NCBI GenBank assembly: GCA_036268615.1
Contig: DATATV010000051.1
Span: 22,759 to 86,758, forward strand
DNA length: 64,000 bases
Source of the DNA: Pseudonocardiaceae bacterium
Lineage (GTDB): Bacteria > Actinomycetota > Actinomycetes > Mycobacteriales > Pseudonocardiaceae
Reading direction: 5' to 3'
Part shown: positions 9,782 through 20,526 of the stretch, piece after piece
How positions within the stretch are numbered: position 1 is the first letter of the stretch
Layout of the letters: each line of letters opens with the position of its first letter
Notes under the pieces: generated by a model
What the model saw: the letters and a program-made list of their open reading frames with translations, nothing else
The model's database searches: none
Told to the model about the DNA's origin: nothing
Made by a program: the position numbers and the translations under genes

Positions 9782-10075
9782 GTGTTCATCATCGATCTGC
9801 ACTACACCCAGCCGCTGGACAAGGTCGACGAGTACCTCGAAGCACACGTGGCACATCTCAAGCGCCACCTGGACGCGGGCGACTTCATCGCCGTCGGCCG
9901 AAAGAAGCCCCGGACCGGCGGCATCCTGCTGGCCAACGTGAGCGACCGCCCGACGGCCGAGGCGATCGCCGCCGAGGACCCGTTCGTGACGAACAACGTC
10001 GCCACCGCGACCGTGGTCGAGTTCGAGCCGGCCATGGCCGCGCCCGAGTTCACCGCGCTGCTGGCCAAGCGGTAA
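9782..10075 (+). CDS. YciI-family protein (start taken at GTG 9782; track ORF begins at 9674)
   Basis: VFIIDLHYTQPLDKVDEYLEAHVAHLKRHLDAGDFIAVGRKKPRTGGILLA...DPF resembles the ~100-aa YciI fold family. Confidence 0.6.
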   Translation: MFIIDLHYTQPLDKVDEYLEAHVAHLKRHLDAGDFIAVGRKKPRTGGILLANVSDRPTAEAIAAEDPFVTNNVATATVVEFEPAMAAPEFTALLAKR

Positions 10076-10081
10076 CCCCAC

Positions 10082-10108
10082 GGTGGGTGGCGACATTCGC
10101 CACCCACC
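10082..10108. terminator. hairpin between convergent YciI-like gene and valS
   Basis: GGTGGGTGGCGA-cat-TCGCCACCCACC, perfect 12-bp stem. Confidence 0.6.
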
Positions 10109-10114
10109 TGCGGG

Positions 10115-12760
10115 CTAGGCCTGCGGCAGGGCCGCGATCTGCACCTTGATCCGCTCGATCTCGATGCTCGCGGCGTCCTTGCGGGTCTGGATCTTGGCCA
10201 CCACGTCGGCCGGGGCCTTGCCGACGAACTTCGGGTTGCCCAGCTTCGCCTCGGTCTGCGCGAGTTCCTTCTCGGCCACCCCGAGGTCCTTGGCCAGGCG
10301 CTTGCGCTCGGCCTCGACATCGATGGCGCCCGAGGTGTCCAGCCGCACGGTGACCGTGCCGGTGGACAACGCGACCTCCAGCGACGCGGTCGCGGTGAAG
10401 CCCTCGCCGGGCTCGGTCAGCCGGGCCAGCGAGCGCACCGCGGCCTCGTGCGTGGACAGCCCCGCGCAGCAGGCGCCGGACAGTTCGGCCTCGACCTTCT
10501 GGCCGGGCCGCAGCCCCTGGTCGGACCGGAACCGGCGGATCTCGGTGATCAGCTTCTGCACCGACTCGATCCGCACCGCGGCCTCCGGGTCGGCGGTCGC
10601 GCCGGACACCGTGGGCCACGGCGCGATGACCACCGACTCACCGCCGGTCAGCGTCGTCCACAGCGACTCGGTGATGAACGGCGTGAGCGGGTGCAGCAGC
10701 CGCAGCACCACGTCCAGCACGTGACCCAGCACCGAGCGGGTCGCATCCGCCCGCGCGCCGCCCTCGGCCAGTTGCACCTTGGCCAGCTCCAGGTACCAGT
10801 CGCAGAACTCGTCCCAGGTGAAGTGGTAGAGCCCCTCGGCGATCTTGGCGAACTCGAAGCCCTCGTACAGACTGTCCACATCGGACACGAGCGAGTCGGT
10901 CAGGTCGAGAATCCACCGGTCGGCGTCGGTCAGCTCGTCCCTCGGCGGCACCGGGGTGGCCACCGTCGCGCCGTTGGACAGCGCGAACCTGGTGGCGTTC
11001 CACAGTTTCGTGCCGAACCGGCGGGAGCCGTCCACCCACTCCTCGCTGATCGGCACGTCCGCGCCCGGGTTCGCGCCGCGCAGCAGGGTGAACCGCAGCG
11101 CGTCCGCGCCGTAGGTGTCCAGCCAGGTGATCGGGTCCACGGCGTTGCCGTTGGACTTGCCCATCTTCTTGCCGAACTGGTCGCGCACCATGCCGTGCAG
11201 CACGAACGTGCGGAACGGCGGCTGGCCGTTCATCGCGTACAGGCCGAACATCATCATCCGGATGACCCAGAAGAAGAGGATGTCGTAGCCGGTGACCAGG
11301 ACCGTGGTCGGATAGAACTTCTCCAGGCTGGGCGTCTTCTCCGGCCAGCCGAAGGTGGAGAACGGCCACAGGCCCGAGGAGAACCAGGTGTCCAGCACGT
11401 CCTCGTCCTGGTGCCAGCCCGGACCGGTCGGCGGCTGCTCGTCCGGACCGAGGCAGACCATCTCACCGTCGGGTCCGTACCAGACCGGAATGCGGTGGCC
11501 CCACCACAGCTGCCGGGAGATGCACCAGTCGTGCAGGTTGTCGGTCCAGTCGAAGTAGCGCTTGGCCATCTCCGGCGGGTTGACCCGCACCGCACCCGAG
11601 CGCACCGCCTCACCGGCCGCCGCAGCCAGCGAGTCGACGGCGACGAACCACTGCAACGACAGCCGCGGCTCGATCGGCTCCTTGGACCGCTCGGAGTGCC
11701 CGACCGAGTGCAGGTAGGGCCGCTTCTCAGCGACGATCCGGCCCTGCGCGCGCAGCGCCTCACGGATGGCCACCCGCGCCTCGAACCGGTCCATCCCGTC
11801 GAACTCGGTGCCGGTATTGGCGATCCGGCCCTCCTCGTCCATGATCGTCGGCATCGGCAGGTGGTGCCGCTGGCCGATCTCGAAGTCGTTGGGGTCGTGC
11901 GCCGGGGTCACCTTCACCGCGCCGGTGCCGAACTCCGGGTCGACGTGCTCGTCGGCGATGACCGGGATACGCCGGCCGGTCAGCGGCAGTTCGATCTCCG
12001 TGCCGACCATGTCCCGGTAGCGCTCGTCGTCGGGGTGCACCGCGACCGCGGTGTCGCCGAGCATCGTCTCCACCCGGGTGGTGGCGACCACGATGGACGG
12101 TCCGGAGTCGTCGAGGGCGCCGTAGCGCATGGAGACGAGTTCGCCCTCGACCTCCTTGTGCGTCACCTCCGCGTCGGACAGTCCCGACCGGAGCACCGGC
12201 GACCAGTTGACCAGCCGCTCGGCCCGGTAGATCAGGCCGTCGTCGTAGAGCAGCTTGAACATCGTCTGCACGGCCCGGGACAGGCCCTCGTCCATGGTGA
12301 ACCGCTCGCGGTCCCAGTCCACGCTGTCACCGAGGCGACGCATCTGGCTGAGGATCTTGCCGCCGTACTCGTTCTTCCACTGCCAGACGCGCTCGACGAA
12401 CGCCTCACGGCCCATCTCCCGGCGGTTGCGGCCCTCGGCGGCCAACTGCTTCTCCACCAGCGCGTGCACCGCGATGCTCGCGTGGTCCATGCCGGGCAGC
12501 CAGACCGTTTCCTTGCCCTGCATCCGGGCGCGCCGGGTGAGCGTGTCGATCAGCGAGTGCTCGAACGCGTGGCCCATGTGCAGGCTGCCGGTGACGTTGG
12601 GCGGCGGGATGACGACCGAGAACGGCTGCTTCTCGCTGTTCTCGTCGCCGTGGAAGTAGCCGGCGTCGACCCAGCGCTGGTACAGCTCGCCCTCTACCTC
12701 CGCCGGGTTCCACTTCGGCGGGAGGTCAGGGGTGTGCTGGTGGGCTTGGGTCTCGGTCAC
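10115..12760 (-). CDS. valS: valine--tRNA ligase (start probably GTG at 12760; track ORF extends to 12787)
   Basis: HIGH-type motif [19 protein letters not shown]-type KMGKSNGN, C-terminal coiled coil. Length about 880 aa. Confidence 0.95.
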   Translation of the reverse strand: MTETQAHQHTPDLPPKWNPAEVEGELYQRWVDAGYFHGDENSEKQPFSVVIPPPNVTGSLHMGHAFEHSLIDTLTRRARMQGKETVWLPGMDHASIAVHALVEKQLAAEGRNRREMGREAFVERVWQWKNEYGGKILSQMRRLGDSVDWDRERFTMDEGLSRAVQTMFKLLYDDGLIYRAERLVNWSPVLRSGLSDAEVTHKEVEGELVSMRYGALDDSGPSIVVATTRVETMLGDTAVAVHPDDERYRDMVGTEIELPLTGRRIPVIADEHVDPEFGTGAVKVTPAHDPNDFEIGQRHHLPMPTIMDEEGRIANTGTEFDGMDRFEARVAIREALRAQGRIVAEKRPYLHSVGHSERSKEPIEPRLSLQWFVAVDSLAAAAGEAVRSGAVRVNPPEMAKRYFDWTDNLHDWCISRQLWWGHRIPVWYGPDGEMVCLGPDEQPPTGPGWHQDEDVLDTWFSSGLWPFSTFGWPEKTPSLEKFYPTTVLVTGYDILFFWVIRMMMFGLYAMNGQPPFRTFVLHGMVRDQFGKKMGKSNGNAVDPITWLDTYGADALRFTLLRGANPGADVPISEEWVDGSRRFGTKLWNATRFALSNGATVATPVPPRDELTDADRWILDLTDSLVSDVDSLYEGFEFAKIAEGLYHFTWDEFCDWYLELAKVQLAEGGARADATRSVLGHVLDVVLRLLHPLTPFITESLWTTLTGGESVVIAPWPTVSGATADPEAAVRIESVQKLITEIRRFRSDQGLRPGQKVEAELSGACCAGLSTHEAAVRSLARLTEPGEGFTATASLEVALSTGTVTVRLDTSGAIDVEAERKRLAKDLGVAEKELAQTEAKLGNPKFVGKAPADVVAKIQTRKDAASIEIERIKVQIAALPQA

Positions 12761-12873
12761 CCAACCAATTCTACGAACCTCGCACATCGAGTCTTCCGAT
12801 GGCCACTCGTTCGTCCACGGTGGGCCGCGTCATAGAGTGCGAATTGTTATCCGAGCTGCGCTAACGCTCCTGG

Positions 12874-13905
12874 ATGATCACCCGATGCAAAGTTGTCATG
12901 AGGTACGAGGGGACTGGGGTGACCAGCGGCGGGCGTGCACCCGATGACTGGCTGACCGAGCGAATTCCGGTGCTGGCCGAGCCCACCTGGCTGCCGACCG
13001 CGGAGCAGACTCGCGCGGCGGCCGGTCGGACAGTCCGACCCGACCCCGCGCCCAGGAGAGCCGCCCGGCCGCGCCGGTTGTCGATCACCCTGGTGGTGGC
13101 CGCCGTCGTGCTCGGCATCGGCTTCCTGGTCAACCTCGGCGGCGGCGCCCGCGACGCCGCGACCAACCAGTCGATCTCCACCACCGAGGGCACCCCGCTG
13201 GACCTGACCCGGCCCTTCGCGCAGACCCCGGCCGCGAACTGGGCCGATGGCTCGGCCGGCCTCGTCGTGCCGGCGGCCGGCCCACTCGGCGGCCACAGCG
13301 CGACCGCCGTCGCCGACGCGCTCACCGAGGTACGGGCGGCACTGGTCGCCGCGCACCTGGACGACCGGATGCTGATCAACCACGACCTGTCCACGTATCT
13401 GGCGCTGCTCGCCCCGGCCATCCGGGACCGCGAGCGCGCGGCGCTGACCGGGACCGCCCTCGCCCGCGACGGCGGGGAGGTGACCCTGCTGGCCGGTGGG
13501 TTCACCCTGCTGCCGGTGCCGGCGAAGGTCTCCGGCTCGATGACAGTGTCCACCGACCGGTACGGGCAGCTCGTGGTCAGCGCGAACTACGTGTTCGCCT
13601 ACCCGTTCGCGCCCGCGGACTCCAGCAAGATCACCTCGGCCTGGCAGGTGGTCGCCATCCAGCACGTGAGCGAGGACTTCACCGTGGTGGACAGCGCCGA
13701 CGCCGACGACTACTCCCCCGGCGACCAGGGATTGTGGCTGACCCGCAGCGAGAGCTACTACGACTCGATGGCCTGCACGCCCTCGACCAAGGGCTATCTC
13801 GCGCCCGCGTACAGCCAGCCCGACACCGGACCCGGCCAGGCCGAAGCCCCGGACGCGCTGTACAACCCACAGCACTCCATCACCATCACCCAGACGTGCC
13901 AGTAG
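12874..13905 (+). CDS. unknown single-pass membrane protein, tandem paralogue 1 of 3
   Basis: TM LSITLVVAAVVLGIGFLV. Shares blocks with the next two genes: PFA.TPAA.WADG, ALVAAHLD..ML, YLALLAP, EVTLL, V.GSM.VSTD, NYVFAYPF, GLWLT, LAPA.S. Confidence 0.65.
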   Translation: MITRCKVVMRYEGTGVTSGGRAPDDWLTERIPVLAEPTWLPTAEQTRAAAGRTVRPDPAPRRAARPRRLSITLVVAAVVLGIGFLVNLGGGARDAATNQSISTTEGTPLDLTRPFAQTPAANWADGSAGLVVPAAGPLGGHSATAVADALTEVRAALVAAHLDDRMLINHDLSTYLALLAPAIRDRERAALTGTALARDGGEVTLLAGGFTLLPVPAKVSGSMTVSTDRYGQLVVSANYVFAYPFAPADSSKITSAWQVVAIQHVSEDFTVVDSADADDYSPGDQGLWLTRSESYYDSMACTPSTKGYLAPAYSQPDTGPGQAEAPDALYNPQHSITITQTCQ

Positions 13906-13923
13906 CAGTTCAGTAGGACACCG

Positions 13924-15024
13924 GTGCTCGACCGTGGTCCGCGGGTGGCCACCGCCGAAGCCGACCCATCAGCACCGACCGAGAACACCCTGGAGCCACC
14001 CGTGCCCGACGACAGCGAAGAAGACTCCCTCTTCGCCAGCCATCCCGACCTGGTCGACCCGCAGTGGCAGCGCATCGCCGACCGAGCCACCCGGCAGGCC
14101 GCGCTCGCCCGGCCGCGCACCACCCGCGCGATCACCCGCACCCGGAAGCCGGCCTGGTACACGGGCCGCCGTCCGCTGGGCGCGGCGGTCGCGGTGCTGG
14201 TGTTCGCGATCGTCGGCAGCGGTTACCTCGGCCTGCACGACCGCGTGCCCTCGGCCCAGAACGCGTCGTCGGTGACCGAGACCGGCGCGACGGCGACCGA
14301 CCAACGGCCCGAGCCGATCAACCTGAGCCACCCGTTCGCGACCACCCCGGCGGCCGGCTGGGCCGACGGCATCGCCGGTATCCGGCTGCCGGTGGCCACG
14401 CCGGTCGGCACGCACAGCGCCCAGGACGTGACCGGCGCCTACGCCACGGCCACCCAGGCGCTCGTCGCCGCCCATCTCGACCCGAAGATGCTCGTGGCGC
14501 ACGACCCCACGGCCTACCTCGCGCTGCTGGCGCCGGACGCCCGGGCGCAGGACCAGTCCACGGTGGTGAGTGCGCTCGCGCCCGGCAGGAGCCGCGAGGT
14601 CACGTTGCTGACCACCGGTTTCCCGCTGTTGTCCGTGCCGGTCAAGGTGAACGGCTCGATGTCGATCTCCACCGACGCCGACGACAACCTGGTGGTACAC
14701 ACGAACTACGTGTTCGCCTATCCGTTCAAGCCGCTGAACATGGATACCGTCACCGACGCCTGGCAGATCATCGCGGTGCAGCATTTCGCCGCCGACTACA
14801 CCGTCATCGGCAATACCAGGAAATTCCGGTCGAGTTCGCAGGGCCTGTGGCTGACCCACGTGCAGTCCTACGACTATTCGATGAGCTGTGCCCAGTCCGA
14901 CAAGGGTTTCCTGGCGCCCGCCTTCAGCGATCCGAGCGGTGCCGGCGGCACGCGGGCCAACCCGGACACGCTGTACGACCCGAACCACAGCCTCGACATT
15001 CCCGACGGCTGCGGCCCCAGCTGA
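13924..15024 (+). CDS. unknown single-pass membrane protein, tandem paralogue 2 of 3
   Basis: TM LGAAVAVLVFAIVGSGYLGL. Same conserved blocks as paralogue 1 (HPFATTPAAGWADG, LVAAHLDPKML, NYVFAYPFKP, GLWLTH). Confidence 0.65.
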   Translation: MLDRGPRVATAEADPSAPTENTLEPPVPDDSEEDSLFASHPDLVDPQWQRIADRATRQAALARPRTTRAITRTRKPAWYTGRRPLGAAVAVLVFAIVGSGYLGLHDRVPSAQNASSVTETGATATDQRPEPINLSHPFATTPAAGWADGIAGIRLPVATPVGTHSAQDVTGAYATATQALVAAHLDPKMLVAHDPTAYLALLAPDARAQDQSTVVSALAPGRSREVTLLTTGFPLLSVPVKVNGSMSISTDADDNLVVHTNYVFAYPFKPLNMDTVTDAWQIIAVQHFAADYTVIGNTRKFRSSSQGLWLTHVQSYDYSMSCAQSDKGFLAPAFSDPSGAGGTRANPDTLYDPNHSLDIPDGCGPS

Positions 15025-15065
15025 ATTCGGCACCACGATTCATCGCCGAGGAGCAGAATATCGCC

Positions 15066-16037
15066 ATGCCCGACGACCAGTCTGATTCCGCGGGTCCGTT
15101 ACCCGAGCCGATCCAACCGTCGGCAGCCGCGCCGCGGCCGACCGACCCGGGCCTGCTGCCCCCGACCGTCGGCCGCACCCCGCCACCGCTGTTTCCCCCG
15201 CAGGTGGTCGACGCGAAGCACGGACGGATCGGCAATCTCGTCGCCCGGGTCGCGATCGTCGCGGTGGTGCTGATCGTGGCCGGGGTCTTCGTCGCCACCC
15301 GCGACCTCAAGCACCAGGTCGTCGACAACGCCGACGCGCCGACCGCGCCGACCTTCAGCCAGGACCCCGGCGGTCCGAGTTCGATGGACCCGCAGTACGT
15401 GCTGGAGCATCCGTTCACCGACAGCCCGGCGGAGGACTGGGCCAGCGGCGCGGGCGGCATCTTGCCGCCGACCGCGGTCGCGGTGGGCGATCACAGCGCG
15501 GCACAGGTGGCCGCGGTGGAGGCGCAGCTGAAACAGCTCCTCGTCGGCGCCCATCTGGACAACACAATGCTGGAGGACCACGACTCCAGCGTCTACCTCG
15601 GGCTGCTCGCACCGGCGGCCGCGGAGAGGGACCAGGCCGCGCTGACCGGTGGGCAGGCGCCCGACTTCGGCGGCCAGGTGACCCTGCTCAACGAGGACGT
15701 CCTGCTGTTCCCGACGCCGGTCCGGGTGCACGGTTCGATGTCGGTGTCCATCGGCGCGCAGGACAACCTGTTGCTGCACACCGACTACTCGTTCGCCTTC
15801 GCGTTCCAACCGGACGATATGTCCCAGATCACCAGCTCGACCCACCTCGTCGGCATCGAGCGGGTACAGGCGGACTACCTCGTCGTCCAGGACAGCCGGC
15901 AACCGGCCGCCGAGCAGGGATTTTCCCCGCTGAACGTCACCAAGTCCGCGACGGACCTCGCGTGCAGCCGGTTCGCGGCCGGCTATGTCACCGCCGTCAC
16001 CAGCCAGGTCCCGGGCTCGCCGGGGGCCGGCTGCTGA
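15066..16037 (+). CDS. unknown single-pass membrane protein, tandem paralogue 3 of 3 (most diverged)
   Basis: In-frame ATG at 15066 (MPDDQSDS). TM VARVAIVAVVLIVAGVFVA. Retains HPFTDSPAEDWASG, LVGAHLDNTML, YLGLLAP, VHGSMSVS. Confidence 0.6.
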   Translation: MPDDQSDSAGPLPEPIQPSAAAPRPTDPGLLPPTVGRTPPPLFPPQVVDAKHGRIGNLVARVAIVAVVLIVAGVFVATRDLKHQVVDNADAPTAPTFSQDPGGPSSMDPQYVLEHPFTDSPAEDWASGAGGILPPTAVAVGDHSAAQVAAVEAQLKQLLVGAHLDNTMLEDHDSSVYLGLLAPAAAERDQAALTGGQAPDFGGQVTLLNEDVLLFPTPVRVHGSMSVSIGAQDNLLLHTDYSFAFAFQPDDMSQITSSTHLVGIERVQADYLVVQDSRQPAAEQGFSPLNVTKSATDLACSRFAAGYVTAVTSQVPGSPGAGC

Positions 16038-16074
16038 CCACCGGCGTTGGCGTCCTGGCCACCGGAAGAGGACC

Positions 16075-18393
16075 ATGAAAGGTATGAGCAGGAAACCTCC
16101 CGTAGAGGACGTCGACGAGTCCCAGCTCGACGTGCACGAGCGCAAGACCTACGCGGCCGGTGTCAAGGGCGTGCTGGTGTCACTGCAACGGGCGAACGAG
16201 CAGATGGGCGCCGGTCGGTCCGTGCGCACCCTGCGCCTGCTCAACCAACAGGAGGGCTTCGACTGCCCCGGCTGCGCCTGGCCGGACCCGCAGGGCCACC
16301 GCAAACTCGCCGAGTTCTGTGAGAACGGAGCGAAAGCGGTCGCCGAGGAGGCCACCGTGCGCCGGATCGGGCCGGAGTTCTTCGCCGCGCACCCGATCGC
16401 CGAGCTGGCCGACAAAACGGACTACTGGCTGGGCCAGCAGGGCCGGCTGACCGAGCCGATGGTGCTGCGCGCGGGCGCCACCCATTACACGCCGATCAGC
16501 TGGGACGACGCCTTCGGCCTGATCGCCGACGAGCTGCACGCCCTGTCCTCCCCCGACGAGGCCGCGTTCTACACCTCCGGCCGCACCAGCAACGAGGCCG
16601 CGTTCCTGTATCAGCTGTTCGTGCGCAGCTTCGGCACGAACAACCTGCCGGACTGCTCGAACATGTGCCACGAGTCCTCCGGCACCGCGCTGAAGGAGAC
16701 CATCGGCATCGGCAAGGGCTCGGTCAGCCTGGCCGACATCAGCAGGGCCGACCTCATCCTGGTGGTCGGCCAGAACCCGGGCACCAACCATCCGCGCATG
16801 CTCAGCGCGCTGGAGGAGGCCAAGGAGGCGGGCGCGAAGATCGTCGCGATCAACCCACTGCCCGAGGCCGGTCTGCTGCGCTTCAAGAACCCGCAGAACG
16901 TGCGCGGGGTGATCGGCAACGGCACCCAGCTGGCCAACGAGTTCGCCCAGATCAAGCTCGGCGGCGACCTCGCCTTCTTCCAGGCGGTCGGCCACCAGTT
17001 GCTCGCCGCCGAGGCGACCGCCCCGGGCACCGTGCTGGACCAGGAGTTCATCGCGGAGCACACGCACGGTTTCGAGACCTACGTCAAGAACCTCGCCGAG
17101 CTGGACTGGGACGCGATCGACAAGGCCACCGGCCTGACCCGTGAGGAGATCGCGAAGATCGGCGAACTGCTGATCTCCTCCGAGCGCACGATCGTGTGCT
17201 GGGCGATGGGCCTGACCCAGCACAAGCACGCGGTCGCGACCATCCAGGAAATCGTGAACCTGCTGCTGCTGCGGGGAATGATCGGCAAACCGGGCGCCGG
17301 TGTGTGCCCGGTACGCGGTCACTCCAACGTGCAGGGCGACCGCACGATGGGTATCTGGGAGAAGGTGCCCGACACCTTCCTGGACGCCCTGGAGAACGAG
17401 TTCAACGTGCCGATGCCGCGCAAACACGGCTTCGACACAGTGGACGCGCTGCGCGCGATGCGCGACGGCAAGGCCAAGGTGTTCATGGCAGTCGGCGGCA
17501 ACTTCGTCTCGGCCACCCCGGACACCGAGCTGACCGAGAAGGCCCTGCGCGGCTGCGATCTGACCGTGCACGTGTACACCAAGCTCAACCGCTCGCACGT
17601 GGTGCACGGCCGCACCGCGTTGATCCTGCCCACCCTCGGCCGCACCGAGCGGGACGTGCAGGGCACCGGCGAGCAGTTCGTCACCGTCGAGGACTCGATG
17701 TCGGTGGTGCACCGCTCGCGCGGCCGACTCAAGCCGGCGAGCACGCAGCTGATGTCCGAAGTGGCCATCGTCTGCCACCTCGCCGAGCGGCTGCTCGGCC
17801 CGGACCACGCGGTGCCGTGGAGTTCCTTCCACCGCGACTACGACGCCGTGCGCGAACGGATCGCCCGCGTGGTGCCCGGCTGCGCGGACTACAACGCGCG
17901 GGTGCGCACGCCGGACGGTTTTGTGCTGCCGCACCCGCCCCGCGACTCGCGCACCTTCCCGACCGACACCGGCAAGGCGAACTTCACCGCGAGCGAACTG
18001 TGGTTCCCGCAGGTGCCCGAGGGCCGACTGCTGATGCAGACGCTTCGCAGCCACGACCAGTACAACACCACCATCTACGGCCTGGACGACCGCTACCGCG
18101 GGGTCAAGGACGGCCGCCGGGTGGTGTTCGTCAACCCCGAGGACGTGACCGCCGCCGGCCTGTCCGACGGCCAACTGGTCGACCTGATCAGCGAATGGCC
18201 GGCCGCCGACGGCACGATCACCGAGCGGCGCGCCGAGAAGTTCCGGGTGATCGCCTACTCGACCGCGAAGGGCTGTGCGGCGACCTACTTCCCGGAGGCG
18301 AATCCGTTGATACCGTTGGATTCCGTGGCCGACAAATCGAACACGCCGACCTCGAAGGGCATCGTCGTGCGGCTCGAACCGGCGGGCGCCTGA
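16075..18393 (+). CDS. FdhF/YdeP-family molybdopterin oxidoreductase
   Basis: MKGMSRKPP...[12 protein letters not shown]...FCENGAKAV..., long molybdopterin-binding body. Immediately coupled to fdhD. Confidence 0.8.
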   Translation: MKGMSRKPPVEDVDESQLDVHERKTYAAGVKGVLVSLQRANEQMGAGRSVRTLRLLNQQEGFDCPGCAWPDPQGHRKLAEFCENGAKAVAEEATVRRIGPEFFAAHPIAELADKTDYWLGQQGRLTEPMVLRAGATHYTPISWDDAFGLIADELHALSSPDEAAFYTSGRTSNEAAFLYQLFVRSFGTNNLPDCSNMCHESSGTALKETIGIGKGSVSLADISRADLILVVGQNPGTNHPRMLSALEEAKEAGAKIVAINPLPEAGLLRFKNPQNVRGVIGNGTQLANEFAQIKLGGDLAFFQAVGHQLLAAEATAPGTVLDQEFIAEHTHGFETYVKNLAELDWDAIDKATGLTREEIAKIGELLISSERTIVCWAMGLTQHKHAVATIQEIVNLLLLRGMIGKPGAGVCPVRGHSNVQGDRTMGIWEKVPDTFLDALENEFNVPMPRKHGFDTVDALRAMRDGKAKVFMAVGGNFVSATPDTELTEKALRGCDLTVHVYTKLNRSHVVHGRTALILPTLGRTERDVQGTGEQFVTVEDSMSVVHRSRGRLKPASTQLMSEVAIVCHLAERLLGPDHAVPWSSFHRDYDAVRERIARVVPGCADYNARVRTPDGFVLPHPPRDSRTFPTDTGKANFTASELWFPQVPEGRLLMQTLRSHDQYNTTIYGLDDRYRGVKDGRRVVFVNPEDVTAAGLSDGQLVDLISEWPAADGTITERRAEKFRVIAYSTAKGCAATYFPEANPLIPLDSVADKSNTPTSKGIVVRLEPAGA

Positions 18394-19241
18394 TGGGCCG
18401 GGTGACGGTCCGCCGGCCGGTGCTCAAGCTGTCGATGGACGGCTCGTCCCGACGCCGGCCGGACGCGATGGCCGCCGAGGAACCGTTGGAACTGCGGGTG
18501 AACGGCACCGCGTTGACGGTCACCATGCGCACGCCCGGCGACGATGTCGAGCTGGCGCACGGGTTTCTGCTCACCGAGGGCGTGATCGGCAGCCTGAAGG
18601 ACGTGTTCACCGCACGCTACTGCGCCGGCGCGACAGTGGAGGGCCAGAACACCTACAACGTACTGGACCTGCAACTCGCCGAGCATGTGCCGCCGCCCGA
18701 TCCGAGCATCCAGCGCAACTTCTACACCACCTCGTCCTGTGGCGTGTGCGGCAAGGCGGCGTTGGACGCGGTGAAGCTGGCCACCCGCCACTCCCCCGCC
18801 GCCGACCAGATGACGGTGTCCAGCGCGGTGCTGGTCGGGCTGCCGGAACTGTTGCGCGCCAAGCAACGCGTCTTCGACTCGACCGGTGGCCTGCACGCCG
18901 CAGGCCTGTTCACCGCCGACGGCGAACCGTTGGTGGTGCGCGAGGACGTGGGCCGGCACAACGCGGTGGACAAGGTGCTCGGCTGGGCGCTGTTGAACGA
19001 CCGGGTTCCGTTGTCCGGCTGCGTGTTGATGGTGTCCGGCCGGGCGTCCTTCGAGTTGGTGCAGAAGGCCGCGATGGCCGGGGTTCCGGTGCTCGCGGCG
19101 GTGTCCGCGCCGTCCTCGCTGGCGGCCGAACTGGCCGAAGAACAGGGCCTCACGCTGGTCGGTTTCCTGCGTGGCGAGTCGATGAACGTGTACACCGGGG
19201 TTCAGCGCATTCAGCACCAGGTGTCTGCCCCGATCGGGTGA
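18393..19241 (+). CDS. fdhD: formate dehydrogenase accessory sulfurtransferase FdhD
   Basis: ATG overlaps the upstream stop (TGATG). Motifs SSCGVCGK and GGLHAAGLF...GRHNAVDKV are typical of FdhD. Confidence 0.85.
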   Translation: MGRVTVRRPVLKLSMDGSSRRRPDAMAAEEPLELRVNGTALTVTMRTPGDDVELAHGFLLTEGVIGSLKDVFTARYCAGATVEGQNTYNVLDLQLAEHVPPPDPSIQRNFYTTSSCGVCGKAALDAVKLATRHSPAADQMTVSSAVLVGLPELLRAKQRVFDSTGGLHAAGLFTADGEPLVVREDVGRHNAVDKVLGWALLNDRVPLSGCVLMVSGRASFELVQKAAMAGVPVLAAVSAPSSLAAELAEEQGLTLVGFLRGESMNVYTGVQRIQHQVSAPIG

Positions 19242-19247
19242 GATTTG

Positions 19248-19291
19248 GGCCGCCCGTTGTGCCAGTTCAGTGGCAGTGACGACGGGCGGCC
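19248..19291 (+). terminator. hairpin after fdhD
   Basis: GGCCGCCCGT...ACGGGCGGCC 10-bp stem enclosing an inner TGCCA/TGGCA stem. Confidence 0.5.
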
Positions 19292-19347
19292 GGCCCGATT
19301 CCCCTGCCCCACGCGCCGGGCCTGATGCCAACTGGGCAACGTGCACG

Positions 19348-19382
19348 CCTGATCAGGTAATAGCGCCCCGCTGATGATCAGG
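19348..19382. promoter_or_regulatory. two TGATCA-core palindromes upstream of the XRE gene (possible operators)
   Basis: CCTGATCAGG (19348-19357, perfect palindrome) and TGATCAGG (19375-19382), 22-56 nt upstream of the 19404 start. Confidence 0.3.
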
Positions 19383-19403
19383 GAAAGGTAACTCTCCTGA
19401 GAA

Positions 19404-20279
19404 ATGGGGGTTGCCGTGGCAAACAGCGAGAACAACAAACCGTTCGGCATCCGAATGCGCCGAGTTTTCCTGGAACTGGCCAGGATGCGTCGCGCGGCGG
19501 AGATAACCCAGTCCGACGCGGCCAAGGCGCTCAGCGTCGTGCCGAGCACGGTCCACCGGATCGAGAAAAGCCAGCGGATGCTCAAGCGCGATGATCTGCT
19601 GAGCCTGCTGATGTACTACAAGGCGAGCCGGCAGATGCGCGAAGCGCTGGTCGCGTTGTACGACAAGGCGGACGAACCTGGCCTGTTGACCAGGGAAGAC
19701 CTGAAGTTGACGGATGACCTGGCCGACTGGATCTGTTTCGAACAGACAGCGAGCAAGATCTGCAACTACGAGCAGCTCTTGGTCCCTGGCCTGATTCAGA
19801 CCATTCCTTACGCCATCGCGGTAATCAGTAGTTACGGCGTGCAGTTGACCGAGCAGGAGGTCAGCGATCGGGTAGCCGCTCGCATTGCCCGCCAAGCACT
19901 CCTACGGCGCCCGGACTCGCCCCAGTTCTCGGTGATCCTCCATGAAGCCGCCTTGTTGCAGGACGTCGGTGGCACGGAGGCGATGCGCGGACAGCTGGAA
20001 TACCTCGCCGAGATCGCGCTCAAACCAAATGTCGACATTCGGGTAATTCCGATGAGAGCCGGCGCCCACCCTGGTCTCGGCGACGGGCCGTTCGTAGTCA
20101 TGGACTATGCCGACCTGCCGAGCCTGGTTCACATCGAGCACAAGGTGGCCAGCGTCTATTTGGAATCACTCGCGGACATCGAGGCATATAAGCTGGCCTG
20201 GGACCGGCTGCGGGAAGTCGCCCTGCCGCCTGCAACTTCGGTGCGGCGGATCGAGGAGATCGCCCGTGGCCTTGGCTGA
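19404..20279 (+). CDS. XRE-family HTH regulator with DUF5753-like C-terminal domain
   Basis: HTH LELARMRRAAEITQSDAAKALSVVPSTVHRIEKSQR. The C-terminal region resembles the actinomycete family that pairs with DUF397 genes. Confidence 0.75.
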   Translation: MGVAVANSENNKPFGIRMRRVFLELARMRRAAEITQSDAAKALSVVPSTVHRIEKSQRMLKRDDLLSLLMYYKASRQMREALVALYDKADEPGLLTREDLKLTDDLADWICFEQTASKICNYEQLLVPGLIQTIPYAIAVISSYGVQLTEQEVSDRVAARIARQALLRRPDSPQFSVILHEAALLQDVGGTEAMRGQLEYLAEIALKPNVDIRVIPMRAGAHPGLGDGPFVVMDYADLPSLVHIEHKVASVYLESLADIEAYKLAWDRLREVALPPATSVRRIEEIARGLG

Positions 20280-20292
20280 GAGGAGCACGGCC

Positions 20293-20526
20293 ATGACCGG
20301 GGCAACGTGGCGCACGAGCAGCCACAACGGCGCCAACACCGACTGCGTGGAGGTCGCCTTCCTGGAATCCGCCTGGCGCAAGAGCAGCTTCAGCAGCGGC
20401 AACACGAACTGTGTCGAAGTGGCTCCGGCCGTTGACCACGTCGGGGTCCGCGATTCCAAGAACGTGACCGGACCCGTCCTCGCTTTCCCGGCGACAACCT
20501 GGCGAGAGTTCCTGAAGCAGTCGTGA
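20293..20526 (+). CDS. DUF397-domain protein with an extra N-terminal half repeat
   Basis: WRTSSHNGANTDCVEVAF followed by WRKSSFSSGNTNCVEVAP...VRDSKNVTGPVLAFPATTWREF. RBS GAGAGGAG precedes the ATG. Confidence 0.8.
   Translation: MTGATWRTSSHNGANTDCVEVAFLESAWRKSSFSSGNTNCVEVAPAVDHVGVRDSKNVTGPVLAFPATTWREFLKQS

Noticed and set aside
10448-12835. 795-aa plus-strand ORF opposite valS; similar long shadow ORFs at 16180-18174, 40912-44349, 40161-41633, 43566-45071, 44507-45946, 62054-63811, 34970-35959 and 39112-40050
   Set aside because: Each lies antisense to, or in an alternative frame of, a gene with unmistakable family motifs (ValS, YdeP, SHC, IspH, HpnE, ferredoxin reductase, GT fusion, HpnH). 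Each also has the Arg/Pro/Gly/His-rich low-complexity composition of non-coding frames in high-G+C DNA.
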